Shown one piece after another: positions 24,667 to 46,900 of a stretch of DNA of 64,000 nucleotides. The notes below the pieces were generated by a model, which ran no database searches, was not told the DNA's origin, and was given only the letters and a program-made list of their open reading frames with translations. Where the stretch lies: the NCBI RefSeq assembly GCF_009914755.1, contig NC_060926.1. The stretch is one strand, 5' to 3'. Every line of letters begins with the position of its first letter. Position 1 is the first letter of the stretch. Source of the DNA: the human T2T-CHM13v2.0 reference genome, Homo sapiens. Position numbers and translations under genes: made by a program.

Positions 24667-25481
24667 GTGTCCCGTCCCTGGGGCTCCTGCTTCCCCATCC
24701 CGGAGTTCCCCTGCTCCCCACCTCCAGTCGTCCTGCCGGACCTCCACCTGGAGCTGTCACCCCCGGAGTCGCCACACAGACGTCCTGCCATGGAACCTTC
24801 CCCTCCCGGTGCACCCTGGGGACCGAGCCCTTGACACCACGCCCTTTGCTTTATCTTGCTCTTGAAATTTTGGCCCCAACTCCAGGGACTGGGGATTTGT
24901 GCCTGGCAGCTGCCTGCATTTCAGGAAAAGAGGAGGCTCAGACCATCCAGCCCCCGCCCATATCCTGAGGTGGATCAGGCAGGCTCTCTCCCCGGGGACA
25001 TGAGGCACCCATACCTAGGACCCCCTGCGCCTTTTTTAGCTTCAGTCATGGCAGCACCTGAGGGACACAAGGACTTGGGTGCATCAGGACGCCTTGGAGA
25101 AGCGTGGCTTCCTGCCACCCTGCAACCCACCCTCCCAGCCAAGGAGGCTGCTGTGGTGGGGATCCCCAGGGGGGCTTTGACACAGTCCTCTGCTGTCCCT
25201 CCACTGGGCTAATTCTACACCCCTGTGCCCCTCCTAGGGGCCCATGAGTCAGAGAGGCTTGCCCCAAGTCACAGCCACTCAGATGTTCGACGCCCCCTAA
25301 GGTCCATTCCAGCACCCACCTGAGTTCCGAGGAGCACCTGGGAAGCTCTGGGTGCAGGATAGCAGTCCAGAGTCCATGGCCCCGCCTAGGCCATCTGGGT
25401 GCTGGGCATGGATTTCTCAGCAAGGAAGACTCATTACCTTCCCTCCCTGGGCCTCCATTCTTCTGGGAAACACAAAGCAAT

Positions 25482-25487
25482 AATAAA
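25482..25487 (+). terminator. ALPG polyadenylation signal
   Basis: First AATAAA seen downstream of the stop codon, about 0.8 kb after it. Confidence 0.75.
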
Positions 25488-26129
25488 AGGAAGTGTTAGA
25501 CAATGTAATGCCAGTACTACTTCCTAGCATAAAAATCATGACTGAATGTGGACACAGTGGCTGGAGGGGTGGATAACACAGGCCAGGAGGGGCTGCTGAG
25601 GAGCAGATGACTGAGCAGGAGACCTGAACAGAGTCGGGGCTTGAGCAAGGTGGCACAGCAGCACAAAGGCCCTGGGGCAGTGTCAGCAGGCTGTCTGGGA
25701 GGCCAGGGGCTGGATCAGAGGGTGGGTAGATGGGGTAAAGCTTGAGGGGTCAGGAGGGTGGGGGACATGGGGGACCGTGAAGTCTAGGTAGAGGGGTGTG
25801 GTCGGAGGTCTTTGAGGAGGGCTGTGACCTGCCCTGGCTGGGAAATGAGCACTCTGGCTGCTGCCAGGAGAAGGGTCTGGTCTTTTGGATAGAGGGTGGG
25901 GGTGGTGGAGGGTAGAGGTGAGAGCTGGGGAAGGAGCTGACTCCAGGTGTTTCTGACCTCCCTCCGAAAGCATTCTGGAGCACCCATCCCAATACAGCCA
26001 TACTTAGTATCACACTTGCCCCAAGAGAACATTGAAAAGAATTAAATGAAGGTGAAATCAACCACATTTTCCAGGAAAGTTTACATTATTACAGATTTAT
26101 TTGTACATTTACAATGGTACAAGGAGCAC

Positions 26130-27032
26130 TTTGTCAACATGGTGAAATTCTGTCTCTACAAAAAATACAAAAATTAGCCAAGCTTGGTTGCCCATGTCTG
26201 TGGTCCCAGCTACTCAGGAGGCTGAGGTGGGAGGATTGTCTGGGGCCTGGGAGGGTGGAGGCTGCAGTGAGGTGCGATCACGTCACTACACTTCAGCCTG
26301 GGTGACAGAGCAAGGCCCTGTCTCAAGAAGAAAACAAAACAAAAAGACTTTGTACTCACTAGAAATACTAGAATGATTGAATACTTCTTTATGAAAATTG
26401 AATTAACATTGTAAGACGTCTATTTGCCAGGCATGGTGGTTCAATGCCTGCAATCCCAGCACTTTGGGAGGAAAAGAGGTTAGGATTGCTTGAGTTCAGG
26501 AGTTGCAGACCAGCCTGGGCAAATGGTGAGACCTCACCTCTACACGTTTTCGTTTAGTGTTGAGGCAGAGTCTCACTCTGTCTCCCAGGCTGAAGTGCAG
26601 TGGCAGGATCTAGGCTCACTGCAAACTCCACCTCCTGGATTCAAGTGAATCTCCCGCCCCAGCCTCCCATGTAGCTGGGATTACAGGCGCCTGCCACCAT
26701 GCCAGGCAAATTTTTGAATTTTTAGTAGAGATGGGGTTTCACTATGTTGGCCAGGCTGGTCTCAATCCTGACCTTAAACGATCCGCTCGCCTTGGCCTCA
26801 GAAAGTGCTGAGATTACAGGCATGAGCCACCATGCCTAGCCCCAGATTTTTAAAAAATTTAGCCAGGCCAGGTGGCACGTGCCTGTCATCCCAACTACTT
26901 GGGAGGCTGAGGCGGGAGGATCACCTGAGCCCAGGGTAGTTGAGGCTGCAGTGAGCTGAGATTTTGCCACTGCACTCTAGTCTGAGTGACAGACCAAGAC
27001 CCTGTCTCAAAACAAAACAAAACAAAACAAAA
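26130..27032. mobile_element. Alu cluster with a nested opposite-strand Alu
   Basis: Partial Alu 26130-26345; an AluJ split into 26425-26545 and 26855-27032 by a minus-strand Alu at ~26555-26843. Confidence 0.85.
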
Positions 27033-28593
27033 CATGTATTTGAGAACCTGGGTTTCAGGACAGTTTTTTCAATTCTGGGTTTCAGTGGCTGTCACAGAAA
27101 TATGGGAGGTGAACAGAAGATAGACTCAAATAGCTGGCCTTACTAAATTATCACACTCATTGTTAAATTCCATCCATCAAGTATGCAAAGGTTTCTGGTA
27201 AAATCCAGCTAGTATATTTCTATCTTCCCAGTTGTCAGTCAGTTCCTCTTTCTAACCAATGTGGAGGTGCTGCATGATTATATTTTACATGAGTGCTCAC
27301 ACCCACGGACTTCTATTATTTAAAACTGGACAAATTTTAAAATAGATTGTTCTGCTATTAGATTATTCTGTTGTCTAGGTTTTTGTTTTTTGTTTTATGT
27401 TTTTGTTTTTCATGTGTAGGTATAAGGGCTTATCGGTCAGCTATGTTATTGACCACAAAATCAAGTGTCATGAAAATATTTTCAAACTTCTATTCAAAAA
27501 TATGCACTTTCCTTAGCATGAGTTTTCATTGAAAGATAATTACCTTCTCATTTTGTCATTGAAATGACATCTTTACCTGAAGGACACACAGGAAGTATAT
27601 TTATATTTTCAATCTTTTCATGGTACGCCTAAAATGGAGAGCTTTTCAGTTCAAAGTCAGCAAACTGGATTGTAAGAAGGAGGGAGGGAGAGTTAGGAAG
27701 AAAGAGAGGGAGAACTCAGGACAGGTGGGTTCAGTACTTTGTCATTCTGCGACTCATTCTATGTGGCCAGAAAGTTTCCACCCACTCCCCTTACCAAGTA
27801 TCTTAAAGTTTCTATTTATGTTTAAGTTTCTATTATGCGGCTATCTAAACTTTACAAAATCAACCCCACTGCCTTCTGCAACATCTCATGTACACGCTGG
27901 GCTTCTTTCCTGCGCTGATTAGACGGGGGGTGAGCCAATGAGTGAGGGGTAAGGGTGAACCTACCTCTGCACACTGATTTGTATCCGGAATGCTTTTTTT
28001 GAAAAAACCCTTCCTGAGTAGCTATTCCATCTGTGGTTGCATTTCCACCATTTCCTCATAACATTGTTTTTATTTAAAAAGGCATTTGCTGTTGGCAATA
28101 TATCTTGTCTGCTATATCTACCTTTTAGTGGGACATGAAAAAAAATGAAAGAAGTGGTTTGTGTATTTCCCTATTGGAACAGCACCTGGCAAATACCTTC
28201 AGCTGAGCCATGTTGGGAACATCTGTGCTTTCAGCTCATTGCAAAGCAAACCTCCCACACTGGGTACTTTGCTCTAACACGAGTTTCTTCCAATCTTCGG
28301 CAGTGTTTTCTCCACATCTTCCGACGGTGTTTGCTGACAAAGAAGTCTTTCGGTTTGTCGACAGATCATTTACTGCTCATTGTTTCTGCCATTTTTCCTG
28401 CAACAGAAAGAATTAAGTTTCTCCCTGGTGGTAGGTGTTTTTAGTCTCATGGTATCATGCAAGAAACTTTAAAAGAGCTTTCCAAATATCTGTCATTGCG
28501 TATGGAAATATCAAGAAGTACTGGGTTGAACTGCACCTAAATTTAAACATTGATGGGAAAAAATTGCACTCTTTCTTCAGTTCCGGAAGCTTA

Positions 28594-28891
<298 letters not shown>

Positions 28892-29243
28892 AAGCTTAGT
28901 TTTAGACACCTTGCCAACCATGAGGATTTCACACTGCTCATAAGTAATTAAGTAATACCTCCAGGAACAAGGCACCCGGGGCAAACTTCAGCAGTAATCA
29001 GAGTGGGGGAAATTCAAAGAGTTTTGTTTGCTGATTTTTTATTATTAGGGGTAACGTCTGGTCAGGTCCGTACCCCGGGTGACGTGCGCTCTGCCAGGAG
29101 TAATAAGGAATTCTCAGCTCCCCCTTCTGCTGTGGTTCATCTGCTCTGGATTTCTGTTGTTAGTTGCAGATTCTTTACAGGAATCTTGTGTGAGCCTCTT
29201 GGCCCTTTTGGAGGATTAGGTCGGTTAAAACTAGATCATATAA

Positions 29244-29582
<339 letters not shown>

Positions 29583-30487
29583 CTACTTAGGCAGACACAC
29601 TAATACTCCACAATTTGCTGAAAGCTTGTGATCTGGAGGGCGTACTGTGTCAACCCCTGGCCTGAGGCACCCAATTCCCTTCCTCCGGGGCACCCGGGAA
29701 CCACATGGGGTGGGTGCCTGCATGAAGGGTGAAGGCACCAGCATTCAGCTCAATATTAAACATGAGCTCTTGGGTCGCTCACTGCCCAGGGCTGTGCTGA
29801 GGCATGTGATGAGCCCAGCAAACAGTAAGCACTCAGGAGGGCCTGATGTTCCTTTAACCAAACCCCAAGGTCCAGGTTAGTCTTGAGGTGCTTGCAGCCT
29901 GGGCAGGCCATTCAAATTGAGCAACTCCTTGTGAGCAGGGGCGTCTCACTCCCTGCAAAATTCAGACCCCAGATGGCACCACAAGTTCAGTCCCCACCAG
30001 ATCCGAGGCCCCCTGCCCATTGAGTGCCCGTGAGCCCCTACACAGTTCCAGTGATTGGCACAGGAAGCCTCATGATCGGGGAAGAGGAGTATGCTCCCTG
30101 CAGCCTCTCAGGACTCAAGGGGGATCCCAGCTGTGCCCTTCTGCTGGGTGCTGATGTTGCATCTGATGATGCCCTGGTCCCACTGGTTCTAGGAACAGGC
30201 CTCCCCACCGGGTTAGCATCTGCATAACTGGCCTTTGCCCCCATCCCAAGGGGGTCCCAAGATGTCTACAGTGTGTGGGACTTACTATGTGGGACTTGTA
30301 ATTGTACCCTCTGAGCTAAGGCGGCCCCAGGACCTACTGACTCCCTCCGACCAGAGCTTCCCCCTTTGCTACCAGGCCACACACTGGACCCCAACACCAA
30401 GAAGCAGCTGAAGTTCCTCTTGATAGAAGCTTGCCACCTAGGATGCCACCGGGCATGCATTGGCCAGAGTATGTTATGTCTTGATCA

Positions 30488-33400
30488 CTGAAGTCAGGTC
30501 ATAGAGCCTGGACTGCAGGACATTCTGTGGTTACACTATAGGGAGGGTGTGATCAAGTGGGAGACCCACCTATATATGGACCCAATAGGTATAGAAACAC
30601 ACCCCAAACCCATCTGGTTCTTGCTGCGTAGATAGAAGGCAATGAGCACCTGTCGGGGGAACAACCACCTCTGTAGAAAGGTCACAGAGCCCGGACTGCA
30701 GGACATTCCTGGCAGCCCAGCCACACCCATCTCCTGACAATGCATCTTCTGTGCCACCTCTGGGCTGGGCCACCACCTTCCCGGCTACTGCCTCATGACC
30801 CTCCTCTGACACCCCAGCTCTGGGCCAGGCACCCACATGGACTTGTCCATCTCCTGCCCAGTCTTCTTGACTGAGAGCTGGATGCTGAAGCAGATGCTGT
30901 TCAAGATGTTCTTGTAATAGGTCTTCCCATGGACCTTAAACTATGAGGGGCATGGGCAGCACTCAGCCGCAGACCAGGGCAAGGCTGCAGATAGCGCCAC
31001 AACCGGGCCATGCAGGCCACCTGCCCTCCCAGGTGCCATTAGCAGAGAGGCTGTGGTCAGGCTGGGCAGGCAGGGACACAGTCCCACCTCATACTCCTTG
31101 TCCACAGACCCAGTTTGAAAAGGAAGTCTGGGTAGCCGACCATCACCACCATGTACTGAAGTTGCGGGCCGGAGGGCTGGTGAGGTGGCACAGGGCCTCA
31201 GGGCACAGCATCCTTGCCCACCCCCTGCCCACCAAGGAAAGGAGCACTAGGCCAGCCTAGGAGTGGGCTTCACGGTGGGGGAGGCAGGCCTGCTCAACTC
31301 CACGAAGTCCTCTTTGTCCCTTTTATTCTCTTTCACTGGCATACAGTAGGTGCTCAGTCAATGTGCATGGGACCAACAGATGGCACTGGGGGCCCCTCAC
31401 CACGGCCCCAGTAGCTGTTCTGGTCTCCATGCAGTCCAGCTCCTCCAGGCGCTGGCCCAGGATGTACTTGGTGTCTTCCACCAGCTGCCACACATGCAGG
31501 GTCAGGGGTCAGGGAGCAAGGGTCAACCCAGCAGCCTTTCACTCTGGTCCATCACTCCTGGCATGAAGGAGTCTTTCAGCACCACTTCCTAAGCCCAGAG
31601 CTCGGTGCTAGGCGCCAAGAGGACATGTTGGAGGTAGGGATCCAGACCCTTCCCCTCCGACAATAAGCTCACAGGCTAGAAGAGGAAATGGCTGCAGCAA
31701 CCACCATGGGCATCCCTAAGGAGATGCCTCCTGAGCATGGCTGAGAAGGTGGGCAGGGGCCTGGCAGGGAGGGCCACCTACCGCTGACAGACCAGGAGGA
31801 GGAGGCCTGCGGAGGAGCAGACTGGAGCCTCAGAATAGGCTGAGGCCTAAGCAGGGCCTGGTCCCCCTGCCTGCAGGGGGACATTTGGGGCTCCCCATGC
31901 GAGGACCATGGCCTCGGGAGGGTTCCACCCTCAGTTCAGCACCATCCTCCCCACCCTAAACCAGGGCGGCCCACCTTGGTAGCTGACAAGTGTTCATGTA
32001 CAAAGAGGGCACGAAGCGCCATGCCATAGTGGTGGTTGGCCTGGCCCAGGCTGACCCGGGCCAGTTCCTGCAGCTTGCCGCTGCCCTCCATCTCCTGTGC
32101 CAGCTTGTGCAGCACCTCATGGAATGGTAAGAACAGGTGCTCACTCAGGACCACCACCACGTCCCACACGAGGTAGTTATGCAGGACCCTGGGGGCCAGA
32201 TGAAGCCAGTGGGGTGTCCAGAAAGACATTCATATGGGCCACCAAGGGCACCACCCCCGCCTGTACTACCCAGCCTGCGGCTGGACCCAGCACTCAGATA
32301 GTCCCTCAAAGAAGGGGCAGGAGGTCATCCCAGGTATGTGGAGGCTGAAATTGGAGTGTGCTGAGCTCAATGACACAGCAGGACACTCTCGCTACTGATG
32401 CCAGCCCCTGAAGCTGATGGGTCAGGGCTTCTATCATTTCCTGACTTGCCATGGGGAGACAGCGTCTGTCCTTGAGGGTGACTGTCGGACTCAGAGCTGG
32501 CTTGCAAAGGCCTCTGTTCCTCCCCATGGTGGATAGATACCACGAGGCTCTCCCAAGGGTGGCCCAGGGACAGCAGAGCTGTAGCCACACTTTCTCTTTC
32601 CAACCATCCCTAGGTGAGGAAACTGCAGCTCAGGAAGCTCCCAGCCCTGCCGAGGGCCTCGGAAAGCAGAGGGGAGAGCTAGGATCGGATACCCGGGCTC
32701 TGGGTCCTTTTTTAGTGCTGCCTCCTCTAGTGTGACTACTGGACAGAAGTAGGGGTGGAAATTCATGGCACACCCAGCCAGCAAGTCCAGGGGGCAGGGG
32801 AGGGGCCTGGGCCATACTCACATGGGGGGGGGGGTGATCTTCTGCAGCTGTCCCAGCGTCATCTTTCTGTACATGGAGCTGACATCTCGCTGGAAATCAT
32901 CATACTCTGACACAGTGATCTGGGTGGGCGTAGCAATCAGGGCTGAGCCAGCCTTGCCCCATGGTCCCCTGTCATCAGCTGCCCCCACTACAGCCACAGG
33001 GTCTCCTTAGCCTTCTGCTCCACAGCATCAGCACCCAGGAGGCTGAGCACTCGCTCCATGAACACCCTGTGTGCTGCCAGTATCTGCACCACGGGATGGG
33101 GCTCATCCAGGGACAGGGACAGGCCTAGCCTAGGGACACCCATCCTGGGGCCCCAAGCCTTCCCTGCCTCCCCATCCCATGTCCCAGCACCTTCTCACTC
33201 TCCTCATCCTGAGCGAGGTACAGAGTCCTCTCTAGCAGATTGAGCCCATCCTGGTCAATCTAGGGAGGGAGACAGGGGCCAGAGGTCAGAGATCCACATG
33301 CCAGACTCCCCAAACAGATGGAATTTTCACCCCAATGCCCAGAGAGCGACCAGACATCCATGGGTAGAGACCCAGAAGCACGCAGACCCCAGCCCCTCTT

Positions 33401-35800
33401 TCCACCCAGACGAGATGACCAAAGCCCCATCCCTGACTGTCTCAGCTTACCCCTGAAAGCCTGCACTTTCCCTACCTGTCGGGGGCACTTGCGCAGTGCC
33501 GCACTGACCCTTGGGGTTCCTGGCTTTGGCGCCAGCCCCAGCCCTCACGGAGATGTCAGCCCAGCCCGCCGGCGCGTCCCTCCCTCCCTGCCCTCACTGC
33601 CTTCCAGAGGGCTGGGAAATTGCGGCTCCCGCGGCTCGGCTGAACACTTCAGTTAACCCAGGGAAATTACTTGCGCCTTCCTCCCGCGCTCTGCCGCCAA
33701 GCGCTCCCCTCCCCTGCTTTCCCTTTCTCTCCTCTTGCGCACCCTCCTCCCACGCGCAGGGACCCCTAGTCAGGGCCACGCCCCGGGTCTGCGGCCGCTG
33801 GCTGGGCGCTCGGGAATCGCACTCAGGCGGATGACGTAGCGCGAGGAGTTCCTGTAATCTAGGCTGATCTAGAGAGAGAAGAGCGCGGCGGCACTGTACA
33901 CGCCCTGCACCTTGTACAGCAGCTGGTTGAGGTCCCAGCTGGTTGAGGTCCCGCGACCCCCGGACGCTCCGCCGCGCCGCCCAGGTCCCAGCCCCCGCAG
34001 TCCTCCATGACCTCTAGCATGGGCCGAGGACTCAGTAGCTCTATCTCGCGCATGTCGAGGCACGAACGGAAAAAGGCGCTCACCTTGCACTGGGCCGCGC
34101 CGCCGGGCCCATCCCTGGGCCGTGCCAGCAGGCGCCTCAGGCGCTCCTCTTTCTGCTCGCCGAAGGCCGCGATGGTGCCATAGGTGAGCTTTTCGTTGGG
34201 GGTGGCATGGCGCTTCAGTCAGCAGCCGCAGACGAAAAAGTAGAAGTTCTGGTACGAGTCCATGCTGGCGTCCAGGTTGGCTGCCAGGAGGCCGGCGGCG
34301 CGCGCTAAGGCCTTGCCCTCGGGGCAGCTCTCGGGACAGGCGCCGCCGCCCGCCGCGACCGGGCCCAGGTACTTGAGCGCCAGCATAGCCGCCAGGATGG
34401 CGCAGAGATCAGCGGCGAACACCAGCCCCGACCGCAGGCTCACCTCACGCAGGGTTCCAGCGCGGCAGCCCAGGTCCTGGTGGCGCTGCTCCTTGAGAGA
34501 AGCCTGGGCGGCAGAAAGGCCCTTGCACGATCCCCGCGCCACAGCAGCTTAGGTACTTGACCTCCTGGAACGCGTCGTAGTGCGCCGTCAGCGAATACCG
34601 GGCTCCATGGCACCGAGGCCGCCGCGATGCAGCCCTGGGCCACCTGGGCTATGGGATGCGCGCGGCCGCTGGCCTCCTAGTGGGCCTCTGCATGGCCCCG
34701 GGGGGCCAAAGCTGCGGGAAGAGCAGAGTCAGGCTCAGGAGGCGCAGCAGCCCGACGGGGCTCCCAGGCACCGCGAGGAGAGACGCAGGCCTGGGTGCAG
34801 AGGCCCCAGCTGCCGGCCTCATTCACTGCGGAAACCAGGGACGAGGAGAGTCTGGCGGGGCCACCATCCCCGCGTGCACAGTGGAGTCTTCTCCCTTGTC
34901 CTCCTCCCTGCACACACGTGTCGGATGCTGGATTGGGAGGCCTCTTATGGGAAGGGGGAGGCGCTGGGCACGGGGCCTGGCACGTAGGGGGCCTTCATTG
35001 CATCTCTCTTCCCTTCGCCTTTCTTGTCCACGACCTGTCCTAGCCAAGGCCAAGTGGGGTGGGGGAAGGAGCAGAGGCTGGAGTGAGGAGGTGCGGTCAG
35101 GGGCGCGTCTATGCGGCACTTTCAGCTCTCCGAGCTGGACACAGACAGACGCTTCGCAAAACGGCCAAAGAACCAAACTTTGTCCTCGTGGAAGTCTGCG
35201 GGATCTACCACTTCAAACCCGCTCGCTGGCTCCTTCTGCTCGGTGGCCCGACGGCCCACCCGCCCCTTCCCAAGGGGAACGCACTATTGCTCCAGGGTCG
35301 CGGATACACAACCCACCCCCTGCACGGCAGTGATGGGGAACCCGAGACCTGTCCGTCTCTATCCCCTTTCCGCTCCACTCCTGGCTTCAACAGGTTCTCC
35401 CTAGAACCCACACTTGCGCGAAGTTTCACCCACGCTGGGGCGCGAGCTGGCCGGGCGAGCCCAGAGCCATGCAGGCGCGGCGCGCAGTCCATGGAGCCTC
35501 AGAGCCGAGCCTGGGAGTCGCAGCCGGCGGATGGACGCAAACAAAGCCGGGAGGCTCCGCGCAGCGGCTACGAAGGTGACGGAAGTGGCCGCGGCTGCAG
35601 GGACTCAGGCGCCACCTACCCGGCAGGTGCGCGCCGGAGCCTGGCAGAGGCGGAGCGGGTCGGGCCGAAGCCGCTGCCTGAGCAGGAGCGAAGCGGCGCT
35701 AGCGGCCGGTGTCTCCCCGCTCCCGCTGCCTTCTCTGCCGCCGCCCCAGCCCGCCGCCCGCCTGCCTGCCTGCCCGAGGGAGAGGACGCGCCGGTGGCTC
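30488..35800 (-). pseudogene. ECEL1P1: Unprocessed ECEL1 pseudogene, exons 1-12 (exon 6 not found; HExxH exon and later exons absent)
   Basis: Exon remnants: 34711..33827 (ATG 34608; donor mutated to CT), 33259..33191 [23 protein letters not shown], 33083..~32998 [24 protein letters not shown], 32919..32822 [17 protein letters not shown], 32188..31975 [18 protein letters not shown], 31493..31401 (acceptor AT), 31161..31088 LQYMVVMVGYPDFL (acceptor AA), 30940..30837 [15 protein letters not shown], 30668..30610 WLFPRQVLIAFYLRSKNQM, 30535..~30488. Stops and frameshifts throughout. Confidence 0.9.
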
Positions 35801-36200
35801 CACCCTCCTCCGCCCGTCCCGCGCTCCCTTCCTTCCTCCTGCGACCCTCTGGCTACCTGGCAGCGCGGCGGCAGCGGGGACCTGGGTCGGGGGCCGCGGA
35901 GACAGGCTTCCGAGGGTCGTGCGCGGGCTGCGGTAGGGGACTCCGGATCCAGTCGCATCCCGGGACTAGTGAGGGTAGCGGGTACACCCGGCAGGAGTCC
36001 CCTCCGATCCCGTGTCCCCACTCGGAACCGCCCACCAACCGGTTGGAAAGGAGCTGGAGCTACGCAGCTGGGGGCCGTCATGGTCCAGCCCACAGCCCTG
36101 GAGCACCACCCAGGGAGGACTCCTCCTAAGGATTGAGAGGGCGCTGACGGAGTGCCTGGGCTGCCCGCACAGCGCCTGCGCAGAGCTCACCTTCACCAGG
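33500..36200. promoter_or_regulatory. CpG island over the ECEL1P1 5' end
   Basis: Dense CpG; paralogous to 1240-3560. Confidence 0.85.
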
Positions 36201-36601
36201 GAGCTTCCTTTACCTCCTCGGAACCCCTGTCCGGGATCAGCTCTCCCCAGGGTGTCTGGGCTTCTGGTTGTCTCGCCCCCTTCCCCCAGCCTCTGATCCA
36301 CGGAGAGCAACGCAGAGCCCTGCCAGAAGCAGGCCTGGGGCTGTGAGTGTGGCCCCCATGGTCCCAATAGGCGGTTGTCCCAGAGAACAGCAATCACTGC
36401 CTATAGGAGGTGACGTGGGTTTAGCCTCTGACCACACAGTCCTGGTCACCCTGCACAGACTGTCAATAAAGAAGGGTCTGAGGCCCAGCTCCTTGGCTCC
36501 TCTGCAGTTTCCCCAAAAGGGAAGCTGAGGCTGTGGGTGAGTGGGTGATGTCCGTGGTCCAGGCTCCAGTTCCCTCACTGTGGGGTCTTCCCCTACCCCT
36601 G

Positions 36602-36963
36602 TGATATGGTTTGGCTCTGTATTCCCACCCAAATCTCACCTCGAATTGTAATCCCCATAATCCCCACGTGTCAAGGGCGAGACCAGGTGGAGGTAATTGA
36701 ATCATGGGGCTGGTTCCGCACGTGCTGTTCTTGTGCGAATGAGTGAGTCTCGCCAGATCTGATGGTTTTATAAGCGTCTGACATTTCCCGTTTGCGCGCA
36801 TTCTCTCTCCTGTCGCCATGCGAGAAGGTGCTTTCCACCATGATTGTCAGTTTCCTGAGGGCTCCCCAGCTATGAGGAAATGTGAGTCAATTAAACCTCT
36901 TTTCTTTATAATTTACCCAGTCTCAGGTATTTCTTCATAGGAGGGTGAGAACGGACTAATACA
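36602..36963 (+). mobile_element. THE1 (MaLR) solo LTR
   Basis: TGATATGGTTTGGCTCTGT...GGACTAATACA with 5-bp TSD CCCTG (36597-36601 and 36964-36968). Confidence 0.9.
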
Positions 36964-37225
36964 CCCTGATTGCCCAGGTGACCCCATGACTCATATGCAA
37001 GAGCATGGCAGACCACAGCAGTGCCCAGCGACACCCAGTGAAGCCCTGAGTGACGCAGCTGGATACCTGATGTGAGGGTGAGCGGGTGGGTAGAGTAGCC
37101 AGAGCTGCCTTGGAGAGAGAAGGCCCGAGGGGGTGCCGGGCACAGACCAGGCACAGACCGTGAGGGCTTCAGAATCTGACTCGCTGCCTACCCCCTGACT
37201 AACGACAGATCCCAGTCATCCAGCC

Positions 37226-46296
<9,071 letters not shown>

Positions 46297-46439
46297 CTAG
46301 GAGACAGTGACATGGACAGGGACTGCAGGATCAAGGCTCATGGAGTGTTTGGGGCCACTGGGACACCTGGGAACAGGGCCCCATGGAGGCCAGTGGAATC
46401 CCAGAGCAGGGAGTGAGTCCTCTCCCCCAACACCTGCTG

Positions 46440-46900
46440 AGTGACCCTGCTGGAGCCCTTCTTGTCTCTGGGCCTCAGTTTTCTCATCTGTAACATGGGA
46501 ATAATAACAGGACCAACCAACCTCTTAGGGCTGTTGCAGGGTTTGTATAAGGCCATGCTGTGAAAATCCCAAGTGGCAGCAAGTCTGGCACAGAGCAGGG
46601 CCTCAGCCCCCGCCCCCTGTGCATACACACAAACAGATGCATATACACATGCACACACACATGCATACACACACGTGCATGCACACATGCACACAGATAT
46701 GCACACATGCACACAGATATGCACACACACATGCATATACATGTGTATACACACATGTGCACACCCAAAACACACAGGGCTCGCTCCTCAAGGGGACCTC
46801 ACTGTGCCTCAGTTTGCCCATCTGTAAAGGGGGTGATTATAGCCCCTACTGCATGACGCTGCTGTGGAGCTCCGTGAGTCAGTACCTGGAGGATGCCTAG
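46440..46900 (+). mobile_element. Two MIR fragments flanking a (CA/CATG)n low-complexity tract (46620-46775)
   Basis: TCTCTGGGCCTCAGTTTTCTCATCTGTAACATGGG and TGTGCCTCAGTTTGCCCATCTGTAAAGGGG cores. Confidence 0.7.

Noticed and set aside
31575-31945. TTCAGCACCA RE1/NRSE left half-sites at ~31575 and ~31935
   Set aside because: No GGACAG right half at a compatible spacing.
35059-36129. 356-aa plus-strand ORF over the ECEL1P1 promoter
   Set aside because: Non-ATG start, GC-driven lack of stops, low-complexity product, and not preserved as one ORF in the paralogue.
46620-46775. Regularly repeated CACACATGCA units as a possible array
   Set aside because: Ordinary low-complexity purine-pyrimidine microsatellite with no unique spacers; not CRISPR-like.
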